From Antedon mediterranea (taxonomy: Eukaryota; Animalia; Echinodermata): a DNA stretch of 64,000 nt. Location of the stretch: NCBI RefSeq assembly GCF_964355755.1, contig NW_027306095.1, positions 496,001 through 560,000 of the forward strand, read 5' to 3'. Below the pieces are notes generated by a model that searched no databases, was not told the DNA's origin, and was given only the letters and a program-made list of their open reading frames with translations. Every line of letters begins with the position of its first letter. Within the stretch, counting starts at the first letter, position 1. This document shows positions 13,121-25,570 of this stretch, piece by piece. A program made the translations under genes and the position numbers.

Positions 13121-13824
13121 AATTGCGATTTGAAGTTATTTTGTGCACTTTGGTGTTTTGTGTGAAAAGTTTTATCGAAATGCTCAAAATCGTCTAAAAC
13201 GGTTTCAAATGTGATTTTAAGCACTTTGATATTTTTGTGTAATCAAGTTTCATCGAAATGCACAAAATGGTCTAAAACGTCTGCAAATGCGATTTAAAGC
13301 TATTTTGTGCACTTTAATGTTTTGTGTGAAAAGTTTTATCGAAATTCTCAAAATGGTCTAAAACGGTTTCAAATGTGATTTTAAGCACTTTGAGGTTTTT
13401 GTGTAATCAAGTTTCATCGAAATGCACAAAATGGTTTAAAACGTCTGCAAATGCGATTTGAAGCTATTTTGTGCACTTTGATGTTTTTGTGTGAAAAGTT
13501 TCATCGAAATGCACAAAATTGTCTAAAACGTCTCCAAATACGATATTAAGCTATTGTATGCACTTTGATGTTTTTGAGTGAAAAGTTTTTTCGAAATGCA
13601 CAAAATGGTCTAAAACGTCTCCCAATGCGATTTGGAGCTCTTTTGTGCACTTTGATGTTTTGTGTAAAAAGTTTGCTATTTTGTGCACTTTAATGTTTTG
13701 TGTGAAAAGTTTTATCGAAATGCTCAAAATTGTCTAAAACGGTTTCAAATGTGATTTTAAGCACTTTGATATTTTTGTGTAATCAAGTTTTTTCGAAATG
13801 CACAACATGGCCTAAAACGTCTCC
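13121..13824 (+). repeat. Representative 704-bp nine-unit module (86-78-86-78-87-87-38-86-78), recurring whole or in part in both domains
   Basis: Unit lengths sum to 704, matching aattgcg at 13121 to aaatgcg at 13825. The same ordered variants recur at ~18710-19413, ~24796-25499, ~31322-32025, ~44104-44807, and inverted at ~490-1190 and ~1965-2670. Confidence 0.88.
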
Positions 13825-14263
13825 AAATGCGATTTGAAGCTATTTTGTGCACTTTGATGTTTTTGTGTGAAAAGTTTCATCGAAATACACAAAATGGTCT
13901 AAAACGTCTCTAAATGCGATTTGAAGCTATTTTGTGCACTTTGATGTTTTTGTGTGAAAAGTTTCATCGAAATGCACAAAATGGTCTAAAACGTCTCTAA
14001 ATGCGATTTCAAGCTATTTTGTGCACTTTGATGTTTTTGTGTGAAAAGTTTCATCGAAATGCACAAAATTGTCTTAAACGTCTCCAAATACGATATTAAG
14101 CTATTGTATGCACTTTGTTGTTTTTGAGTGAAAAGTTTTTTCGAAATGCACAAAATTGTCTAAAACGTCCCCAAATGCGATTTGGAGCTCTTTTGTGCAC
14201 TTTGATGTTTTGTGTAAAAAGTTTGCTATTTTGTGCACTTTAATGTTTTGTGTGAAAAGTTTT

Positions 14264-16390
14264 ATCGAAATGCTCAAAATTGTCTAAAACGGTTTCAAAT
14301 GTGATTTTAAGCACTTTGATATTTTTGTGTAATCAAGTTTTTTCGAAATGCACAACATGGTCTAAAACGTCTCCAAATGCGATTTGAAGCTATTTTGTGC
14401 ACTTTGATGTTTTTGTGTGAAAAGTTTCATCGAAATGCACAAAATGGTCTAAAACGTCTCTAAATGCGATTTGAAGCTATTTTGTGCACTTTGTCGTTTT
14501 TGTGTGAAAAGTTTTTTCGAAATGCACAAAATGGTCTAAAACGTCTCCAATTGCGATTTGAAGTTATTTTGTGCACTTTGATGTTTTGTGTGAAAAGTTT
14601 TATCGAAATGCTCAAAATGGTCTAAAACGGTTTCAAATGTGATTTTAAGCACTTTGATGTTTTTGTGTAATCAAGTTTCATCGAAATGCACAAAATGGTT
14701 TAAAACGTCTGCAAATGCGATTTGAAGCTATTTTGTGCACTTTGATGTTTTTGTGTGAAAAGTTTCATCGAAATGCACAAAATTGTCTAAAACGTCTCCA
14801 AATTCGATATTAAGCTATTATATGCACTTTGATGTTTTTGAGTGAAAAGTTTTTTCGAAATGCACAAAATGTTCTAAAACGTCTCCAAATGCCATTTGGA
14901 GCTCTTTTGTGCACTTTAATTTTTTTTGTGTAAAAGTTTTCTATTTTGTGCACTTTTAATGTTTTGTGTGAAAAGTTTTATCGAAATGCTCAAAATTGTC
15001 TAAAACGGTTTCAAATGTGATTTTAAGCACTTTGATATTTTTGTGTAATCAAGTTTTTTCGAAATGCACAACATGGTCTAAAACGTCTCCAAATGCGATT
15101 TGAAGCTATTTTGTGCACTTTGATGTTTTTTTGTGAAAAGTTTCATCGAAATGCACAAAATGGTCTAAAACGTCTGCAAATGCGATTTGAAGCTATTTTA
15201 TGCACTTTGATGTTTTTTTGTGAAAAGTTTCATCGAAAGGCACAAAATTGTCTAAAACGTCTCTAAATGCGATTTGAAGCTATTTTGTGCACTTTGTCGT
15301 TTTTGTGTGAAAAGTTTCATCGAAATGCTCAAAATTGTCTAAAACGGTTTCAAATGTGATTTTAAGCACTTTGATATTTTTGTGTAATCAAGTTTTTTCG
15401 AAATGCACAACATGGTCTAAAACGTCTCCAAATGCGATTTGAAGCTATTTTGTGCACTTTGATGTTTTTGTGTGAAAAGTTTCATCGAAATGCACAAAAT
15501 GGTCTAAAACGTCTCTAAATGCGATTTGAAGCTATTTTGTGCACTTTGTCGTTTTTGTGTGAAAAGTTTTTTCGAAATGCACAAAATGGTCTAAAACGTC
15601 TCCAATTGCGATTTGAAGTTATTTTGTGCACTTTGATGTTTTGTGTGAAAAGTTTTATCGAAATGCTCAAAATGGTCTAAAACGGTTTCAAATGTGATTT
15701 TAAGCACTTTGATGTTTTTGTGTAATCAAGTTTCATCGAAATGCACAAAATGGTTTAAAACGTCTGCAAATGCGATTTGAAGCTATTTTGTGCACTTTGA
15801 TGTTTTTGTGTGAAAAGTTTCATCGAAATGCACAAAATTGTCTAAAACGTCTCCAAATTCGATATTAAGCTATTATATGCACTTTGATGTTTTTGAGTGA
15901 AAAGTTTTTTCGAAATGCACAAAATGTTCTAAAACGTCTCCAAATGCCATTTGGAGCTCTTTTGTGCACTTTAATTTTTTTGGTGTAAAAGTTTTCTATT
16001 TTGTGCACTTTTAATGTTTTGTGTGAAAAGTTTTATCGAAATGCTCAAAATTGTCTAAAACGGTTTCAAATGTGATTTTAAGCACTTTGATATTTTTGTG
16101 TAATCAAGTTTTTTCGAAATGCACAACATGGTCTAAAACGTCTCCAAATGCGATTTGAAGCTATTTTGTGCACTTTGATGTTTTTTTGTGAAAAGTTTCA
16201 TCGAAATGCACAAAATGGTCTAAAACGTCTGCAAATGCGATTTGAAGCTATTTTATGCACTTTGATGTTTTTTTGTGAAAAGTTTCATCGAAAGGCACAA
16301 AATTGTCTAAAACGTCTCTAAATGCGATTTGAAGCTATTTTGTGCACTTTGTCGTTTTTGTGTGAAAAGTTTCATCGAAATGCTCAAAAT
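14264..16390 (+). repeat. Direct tandem duplication, period 1055 bp
   Basis: Rare variants gccatttgga (14891/15946), aaattcgatat, tattatatgc, aatgttct and ttttatgcac all recur at +1055. Confidence 0.9.
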
Positions 16391-17599
16391 GGTCTAAAAC
16401 GTCTCCAAATGCGATTTGAAGCAATTTTGTGCACTTTGATGTTTTTGTGTGAAAAGTTTCATCGAAATGCACAAAATGGTCTAAAACGTCTGCAAATGCG
16501 ATTTGAAGCTATTTTGTGCACTTTGTCGTTTTTGTGTGAAAAGTTTTTTTGAAATGCACAAAATGGTTGGTCTAAAACGTCTCCAAATGCGATTTGAAGC
16601 AATTTTGTGCACTTTGATGTTTTGTGTAATCCAGTTTCATCGCAATGTACAAAATTGTCTAAAACGTCTCTAAATGCGATTTGAAGCTATTTTGTGCACC
16701 TTGTCGTTTTTGTGTGAAAAGTTTCATCGAAATGCACAAAATGGTCTAAAACGTCTCCAATTGCGATTTGAAGTTATTTTGTGCACTTTGATGTTTTGTG
16801 TGAAAAGTTTTATCGAAATGCTCAAAATGGTCTAAAACGGTTTCAAATGTGATTTTAAGCACTTTGATATTTTTGTGTAATCAAGTTTCATCGAAATTCA
16901 CAAAATGGTCTAAAACGTCTGCAAATGCGATTTAAAGCTATTTTGTGCACTTTAATGTTTTGTGTGAAAAGTTTTATCGAAATTCTCAAAATGGTCTAAA
17001 ACGGTTTCAAATGTGATTTTAAGCACTTTGATGTTTTTGTGTAATCAAGTTTCATCGAAATGCACTAAATGGTTTAAAACGTCTGCAATTGCGATTTGAA
17101 GCTATTTTGTGCACTTTGATGTTTTTGTGTGAAAAGTTTCATCGAAATGCCCAAAATTGTCTAAAACGTCTCCAAATACGATATTAAGCTATTGTATGCA
17201 CTTTGATGTTTTTGAGTGAAAAGTTTTTTCGAAATGCACAAAATGGTCTAAAACGTCTCCAAATGCGATTTGGAGCTCTTTTGTGCACTTTGATGTTTTG
17301 TGTAAAAAGTTTGCTATTTTGTGCACTTTAATGTTTTGTGTGAAAAGTTTTTTCGAAATGCTCAAAATTGTCTAAAACGGTTTCAAATGTGATTTTAAGC
17401 ACTTTGATATTTTTGTGTAATCAAGTTTTTTCGAAACGCACAACATGGTCTAAAACGTCTCTAAATGCGATTTGAAGCTATTTTGTGCACTTTGATGTTT
17501 TTTTGTGAAAAGTTTCATCGAAATGCACAAAATGGTCTAAAACGTCTCTAAATGCGATTTGAAGCTATTTTGTGAACTTTGATGTTTTTGTGTGAAATG

Positions 17600-19480
17600 T
17601 TTCATCGAAATGCTCAAAATGGTCTAAAACGTCTCCAAATGCGATTTGAAGCAATTTTGTGCAATTTGATGTTTTTGTGTGAAAAGTTTCATCGAAATGC
17701 ACAAAATGGTCTAAAACGTCTGCAAATGCGATTTGAAGCTATTTTGTGCACTTTGATGTTTTTGTGTGAAAAGTTTCATCGAAATGCACAAAATTGTCTA
17801 AAACGTCTCCAAATACGATATTAAGCTATTGTATGCACTTTGATGTTTTTGAGTGAAAAGTTTTTTCGAAATGCACAAAATGGTCTAAAACGTCTCCAAA
17901 TGCGATTTGGAGCTCTTTTGTGCACTTTGATGTTTTGTGTAAAAAGTTTGCTATTTTGTGCACTTTAATGTTTTGTGTGAAAAGTTTTATCGAAATGCTC
18001 AAAATTGTCTAAAACGGTTTCAAATGTGATTTTAAGCACTTTGATATTTTTGTGTAATCAAGTTTTTTCGAAACGCACAACATGGTCTAAAACGTCTCTA
18101 AATGCGATTTGAAGCTATTTTGTGCACTTTGATGTTTTTTTGTGAAAAGTTTCATCGAAATGCACAAAATGGTCTAAAACGTCTCTAAATGCGATTTGAA
18201 GCTATTTTGTGCACTTTGTCGTTTTTGTGTGAAAAGTTTCATCGAAATGCTCAAAATGGTCTAAAACGTCTCCAAATGCGATTTGAAGCAATTTTGTGCA
18301 ATTTGATGTTTTTGTGTGAAAAGTTTCATCGAAATGCACAAAATGGTCTAAAACGTCTGCAAATGCGATTTGAAGCTATTTTGTGCACTTTGATGTTTTT
18401 TTGTGAAAAGTTTCATCGAAATGCACAAAATTGTCTAAAACGTCTCTAAATGCGATTTGAAGCTATTTTGTGCACTTTGTCGTTTTTGTGTGAAAAGTTT
18501 CATCGAAATGCTCAAAATGGTCTAAAACGTCTCCAAATGCGATTTGAAGCAATTTTGTGCACTTTGATGTTTTTGTGTGAAAAGTTTCATCGAAATGCAC
18601 AAAATGGTCTAAAACGTCTGCAAATGCGATTTGAAGCTATTTTGTGCACTTTGTCGTTTTTGTGTGAAAAGTTTTTTCGAAATGCACAAAATGGTCTAAA
18701 ACGTCTCCAATTGCGATTTGAAGTTATTTTGTGCACTTTGATGTTTTGTGTGAAAAGTTTTATCGAAATGCTCAAAATGGTCTAAAACGGTTTCAAATGT
18801 GATTTTAAGCACTTTGATATTTTTGTGTAATCAAGTTTCATCGAAATGCACAAAATGGTCTAAAACGTCTGCAAATGCGATTTAAAGCTATTTTGTGCAC
18901 TTTAATGTTTTGTGTGAAAAGTTTTATCAAAATTCTCAAAATGGTCTAAAACGGTTTCAAATGTGATTTTAAGCACTTTGATGTTTTTGTGTAATCAAGT
19001 TTCATCGAAATGCACTAAATGGTTTAAAACGTCTGCAAATGCGATTTGAAGCTATTTTGTGCACTTTGAAGTTTTTGTGTGAAAAGTTTCATCGAAATGC
19101 ACAAAATTGTCTAAAACGTCTCCAAATACGATATTAAGCTATTGTATGCACTTTGATGTTTTTGAGTGAAAAGTTTTTTCGAAATGCACAAAAGGGTCTA
19201 AAACGTCTCCAAATGCGATTTGGAGCTCTTTTGTGCACTTTGATGTTTTGTGTAAAAAGTTTGCTATTTTGTGCACTTTAATGTTTTGTGTGAAAAGTTT
19301 TATCGAAATGCTCAAAATTGTCTAAAACGGTTTCAAATGTGATTTTAAGCACTTTGATATTTTTGTGTAATCAAGTTTTTTCGAAATGCACAACATGGTC
19401 TAAAACGTCTCCAAATGCGATTTGAAGCTATTTTGTGCACTTTGATGTTTTTGTGTGAAAAGTTTCATCGAAATGCACAA
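17600..19480 (+). repeat. ~1.9-kb block repeated at ~23690-25570 (offset 6086)
   Basis: ORFs 18450/24536 and 18587/24673 differ by 6086. Shared variants aaagggtct (19191/25277), atcaaaattctc and aaacgcacaac. Confidence 0.82.
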
Positions 19481-22400
19481 AATGGTCTAAAACGTCTCTA
19501 AATGCGATTTGAAGCTATTTTGTGCACTATGATGTTTTTGTGTGAAAAGTTTCATCGAAATGCACAAAATGGTCTAAAACGTCTCTAAATGCGATTTGAA
19601 GCTATTTTGTGCACTTTGTCGTTTTTGTGTGAAAAGTTTCATCGAAATGCTCAAAATGGTCTAAAACGTCTCCAAATGCGATTTGAAGCTATTTTGTGCA
19701 CTTTGATGTTTTTTTGTGAAAAGTTTCATCGAAATGCACAAAATGGTCTAAAACGTCTCTAAATGCGATTTGAAGCTGTTTTGTGCACTTTGATGTTTTT
19801 GTGTGAAAAGTTTCATCGAAATGCACAAAATGGTCTAAAACGTCTCTAAATGCGATTTGAAGCTATTTTGTGCACTTTGATGTTTTTTTGTGAAAAGTTT
19901 CATCGAAATGCACAAAATGGTCTAAAACGTCTCTAAATGCGATTTGAAGCTATTTTGTGCACTTTGTCGTTTTTGTGTGAAAAGTTTCATCGAAATGCTC
20001 AAAATGGTCTAAAACGTCTCCAAATGCGATTTGAAGCAATTTTGTGCAATTTGATGTTTTTGTGTGAAAAGTTTCATCGAAATGCACAAAATGGTCTAAA
20101 ACGTCTCCAAATGCGATTTGAAGCTATTTTGTGCACTTTGATGTTTTTTTGTGAAAAGTTACATCGAAATGCACAAAATTGTCTAAAACGTCTCTAAATC
20201 CGATTTGAAGCTATTTTGTGCACTTTGTCGTTTTTGTGTGAAAAGTTTCATCGAAATGCTCAAAATGGTCTAAAACGTCTCCAAATGCGATTTGAAGCAA
20301 TTTTGTGCACTTTGATGTTTTTGTGTGAAAAGTTTCATCGAAATGCACAAAATGGTCTAAAACGTCTGCAAATGCGATTTGAAGCTATTTTGTGCACTTT
20401 GTCGTTTTTGTGTGAAAGGTTTTTTCGAAATGCACAAAATGGTCTAAAACGTCTCCAATTGCGATTTGAAGTTATTTTGTGCACTTTGATGTTTTGTGTG
20501 AAAAGTTTTATCGAAATGCTCAAAATGGTCTAAAACGGTTTCAAATGTGATTTTAAGCACTTTGATATTTTTGTGTAATCAAGTTTCATCGAAATGCACA
20601 AAATGGTCTAAAACGTCTGCAAATGCGATTTAAAGCTATTTTGTGCACTTTAATGTTTTGTGTGAAAAGTTTTATCGAAATTCTCAAAATGGTCTAAAAC
20701 GGTTTCAAATGTGATTTTAAGCACTTTGATTTTTTTGTGTAATCAAGTTTCATCGAAATGCACAAAATGGTTTAAAACGTCTGCAAATGCGATTTGAAGC
20801 TATTTTGTGCACTTTGATGTTTTTGTGTGAAAAGTTTCATCGAAATGCACAAAATTGTCTAAAACGTCTCCAAATACGATATTAAGCTATTGTATGCACT
20901 TTGATGTTTTTGAGTGAAAAGTTTTTTCGAAATGCACAAAATGGTCTAAAACGTCTCCAAATGCGATTTTGAGCTCTTTTGTACACTTTGATGTTTTGTG
21001 TAAAAAGTTTGCTATTTTGTGCACTTTAATGTTTTGTGTGAAAAGTTTTATCGAAATGCTCAAAATTGTCTATAACGGTTTCAAATGTGATTTTAAGCAC
21101 TTTGATATTTTTGTGTAATCAAGTTTTTTCGAAACGCACAACATGGTCTAAAACGTCTCTAAATGCGATTTGAAGCTATTTTGTGCACTTTGATGTTTTT
21201 TTGTGAAAAGTTTCATCGAAATGCACAAAATGGTCTAAAACGTCTCTAAATGCGATTTGAAGCTATTTTGTGCACTTTGTCGTTTTTGTGTGAAAAGTTT
21301 CATCGAAATGCTCAAAATGGTCTAAAACGTCTCCAAATGCGATTTGAAGCAATTTTGTGCAATTTGATGTTTTTGTGTGAAAAGTTTCATCGAAATGCAC
21401 AAAATGGTCTAAAACGTCTGCAAATGCGATTTGAAGCTATTTTGTGCACTTTGATGTTTTTGTGTGAAAAGTTTCATCGAAATGCACAAAATTGTCTAAA
21501 ACGTCTCCAAATACGATATTAAGCTATTGTATGCACTTTGATGTTTTTGAGTGAAAAGTTTTTTCGAAATGCACAAAATGGTCTAAAACGTCTCCAAATG
21601 CGATTTGGAGCTCTTTTGTGCACTTTGATGTTTTGTGTAAAAAGTTTGCTATTTTGTGCACTTTAATGTTTTGTGTGAAAAGTTTTATCGAAATGCTCAA
21701 AATTGTCTAAAACGGTTTCAAATGTGATTTTAAGCACTTTGATATTTTTGTGTAATCAAGTTTTTTCGAAACGCACAACATGGTCTAAAACGTCTCTAAA
21801 TGCGATTTGAAGCTATTTTGTGCACTTTGATGTTTTTTTGTGAAAAGTTTCATCGAAATGCACAAAATGGTCTAAAACGTCTCTAAATGCGATTTGAAGC
21901 TATTTTGTGCACTTTGTCGTTTTTGTGTGAAAAGTTTCATCGAAATGCTCAAAATGGTCTAAAACGTCTCTAAATGCGATTTGAAGCTATTTTGTGCACT
22001 TTGATGTTTTTTTGTGAAAAGTTTTATCGAAATTCTCAAAATGGTCTAAAACGGTTTCAAATGTGATTTTAAGCACTTTTATGTTTTTGTGTAATCAAGT
22101 TTCATCGAAATGCACTAAATGGTTTAAAACGTCTGCAAATGCGATTTGAAGCTATTTTGTGCACTTTGATGTTTTTGTGTGAAAAGTTTCATCGAAATGC
22201 ACAAAATTGTCTAAAACGTCTCCAAATACGATATTAAACTATTGTATGCACTTTGATGTTTTTGAGTGAAAAGTTTTTTCGAAATGCACAAAATGGTCTA
22301 AAACGTCTCCAAATGCGATTTGGAGCTCTTTTGTGCACTTTGATGTTTTGTGTAAAAAGTTTGCTATTTTGTGCACTTTAATGTTTTGTGTGAAAAGTTT

Positions 22401-25400
22401 TATCGAAATGCTCAAAATGGTCTAAAACGGTTTCAAATGTGATTTTAAGCACTTTGATATTTTTGTGTAATCAAGTTTCATCGAAATGCACAAAATGGTC
22501 TAAAACGTCTGCAAATGCGATTTAAAGCTATTTTGTGCACTTTGATGTTTTTGTGTGAAAAGTTTCATCGAAATGCACAAAATGGTCTAAAACGTCTCTA
22601 AATGCGATTTGAAGCTATTTTGTGCACTTTGATGTTTTTGTGTGAAAAGTTTCATCGAAATGCACAAAATGGTCTAAAACGTCTCTAAATGCGATTTGAA
22701 GCTATTTTGTGCACTTTGATGTTTTTGTGTGAAAACTTTCATCGAAATGCTCAAAATGGTCTAAAACGTCTCCAAATGCGATTTGAAGCTATTTTGTGCA
22801 CTTTGATGTTTTTTTCTGAAAAGTTTCATCGAAATGCACAAAAATGGTCTAAAACGTCTCTAAATGCGATTTGAAGCTATTTTGTGCACTTTGATGTTTT
22901 TGTGTGAAAAGTTTCATCGAAATGCACAAAATGGTCTAAAACGTCTCTAAATGCGATTTGAAGCTATTTTGTGCACTTTGATGTTTTTTTGTGAAAAGTT
23001 TCATCGAAATGCACAAAATGGTCTAAAACGTCTCTAAATGCGATTTGAAGCTATTTTGTGCACTTTGTCGTTTTTGTGTGAAAAGTTTCATTGAAATGCT
23101 CAAAATGGTCTAAAACGTCTCCAAATGCGATTTGAAGCAATTTTGTGCACTTTGATGTTTTTGTGTGAAAAGTTTCATCGAAATGCACAAAATGATCTAA
23201 AACGTCTGCAAATGCGATTTGAAGCTATTTTGTGCACTTTGATGTTTTTTTGTGAAAAGTTTCATCGAAAGGCACAAAATTGTCTAAAACGTCTCTAAAT
23301 GCGATTTGAAGCTATTTTGTGCACTTTGTCGTTTTTGTGTGAAAAGTTTCATCGAAATGCTCAAAATGGTCTAAAACGGTTTCAAATGTGATTTTGTGCA
23401 CTTTGATGTTTTTGTGTAATCAAGTTTCATCGAAATGCACAAAATGGTTTAAAACGTCTGCAAATGCGATTTGAAGCTATTTTGTGCACTTTGATGTTTT
23501 GTGTAATCCAGTTTCATCGAAATGTACAAAATTGTCTAAAACCTCTCAAAATGCGATTTGAAGCTATTTTGTGCACTTTGATGTTTTTGTGTGAAAAGTT
23601 TCATCGAAATGCACAAAATTGTCTAAAACGTCTCTAAATGCGATTTGAAGCTATTTTGTGCACTTTGTCGTTTTTGTGTGAAAAGTTTCATCGAAATGCT
23701 CAAAATGCTCTAAAACGTCTCCAAATGCGATTTGAAGCAATTTTGTGCAATTTGATGTTTTTGTGTGAAAAGTTTCATCGAAATGCACAAAATGGTCTAA
23801 AACGTCTGCAAATGCGATTTGAAGCTATTTTGTGCACTTTGATGTTTTTGTGTGAAAAGTTTCATCGAAATGCACAAAATTGTCTAAAACGTCTCCAAAT
23901 ACGATATTAAGCTATTGTATGCACTTTGATGTTTTTGAGTGAAAAGTTTTTTCGAAATGCACAAAATGGTCTAAAACGTCTCCAAATGCGATTTGGAGCT
24001 CTTTTGTGCACTTTGATGTTTTGTGTAAAAAGTTTGCTATTTTGTGCACTTTAATGTTTTGTGTGAAAAGTTTTATCGAAATGCTCAAAATTGTCTAAAA
24101 CGGTTTCAAATGTGATTTTAAGCACTTTGATATTTTTGTGTAATCAAGTTTTTTCGAAACGCACAACATGGTCTAAAACGTCTCTAAATGCGATTTGAAG
24201 CTATTTTGTGCACTTTGATGTTTTTTTGTGAAAAGTTTCATCGAAATGCACAAAATGGTCTAAAACGTCTCTAAATTCGATTTGAAGCTATTTTGTGCAC
24301 TTTGTCGTTTTTGTGTGAAAAGTTTCATCGAAATGCTCAAAATGGTCTAAAACGTCTCCAAATGCGATTTGAAGCAATTTTGTGCAATTTGATGTTTTTG
24401 TGTGAAAAGTTTCATCGAAATGCACAAAATGGTCTAAAACGTCTGCAAATGCGATTTGAAGCTATTTTGTGCACTTTGATGTTTTTTTGTGAAAAGTTTC
24501 ATCGAAATGCACAAAATTGTCTAAAACGTCTCTAAATGCGATTTGAAGCTATTTTGTGCACTTTGTCGTTTTTGTGTGAAAAGTTTCATCGAAATGCTCA
24601 AAATGGTCTAAAACGTCTCCAAATGCGATTTGAAGCAATTTTGTGCACTTTGATGTTTTTGTGTGAAAAGTTTCATCGAAATGCACAAAATGGTCTAAAA
24701 CGTCTGCAAATGCGATTTGAAGCTATTTTGTGCACTTTGTCGTTTTTGTGTGAAAAGTTTTTTCGAAATGCACAAAATGGTCTAAAACGTCTCCAATTGC
24801 GATTTGAAGTTATTTTGTGCACTTTGATGTTTTGTGTGAAAAGTTTTATCGAAATGCTCAAAATGGTCTAAAACGGTTTCAAATGTGATTTTAAGCACTT
24901 TGATATTTTTGTGTAATCAAGTTTCATCGAAATGCACAAAATGGTCTAAAACGTCTGCAAATGCGATTTAAAGCTATTTTGTGCACTTTAATGTTTTGTG
25001 TGAAAAGTTTTATCAAAATTCTCAAAATGGTCTAAAACGGTTTCAAATGTGATTTTAAGCACTTTGATGTTTTTGTGTAATCAAGTTTCATCGAAATGCA
25101 CTAAATGGTTTAAAACGTCTGCAAATGCGATTTGAAGCTATTTTGTGCACTTTGATGTTTTTGTGTGAAAAGTTTCATCGAAATGCACAAAATTGTCTAA
25201 AACGTCTCCAAATACGATATTAAGCTATTGTATGCACTTTGATGTTTTTGAGTGAAAAGTTTTTTCGAAATGCACAAAAGGGTCTAAAACGTCTCCAAAT
25301 GCGATTTGGAGCTCTTTTGTGCACTTTGATGTTTTGTGTAAAAAGTTTGCTATTTTGTGCACTTTAATGTTTTGTGTGAAAAGTTTTATCGAAATGCTCA

Positions 25401-25570
25401 AAATTGTCTAAAACGGTTTCAAATGTGATTTTAAGCACTTTGATATTTTTGTGTAATCAAGTTTTTTCGAAATGCACAACATGGTCTAAAACGTCTCCAA
25501 ATGCGATTTGAAGCTATTTTGTGCACTTTGATGTTTTTGTGTGAAAAGTTTCATCGAAATGCACAAAATG

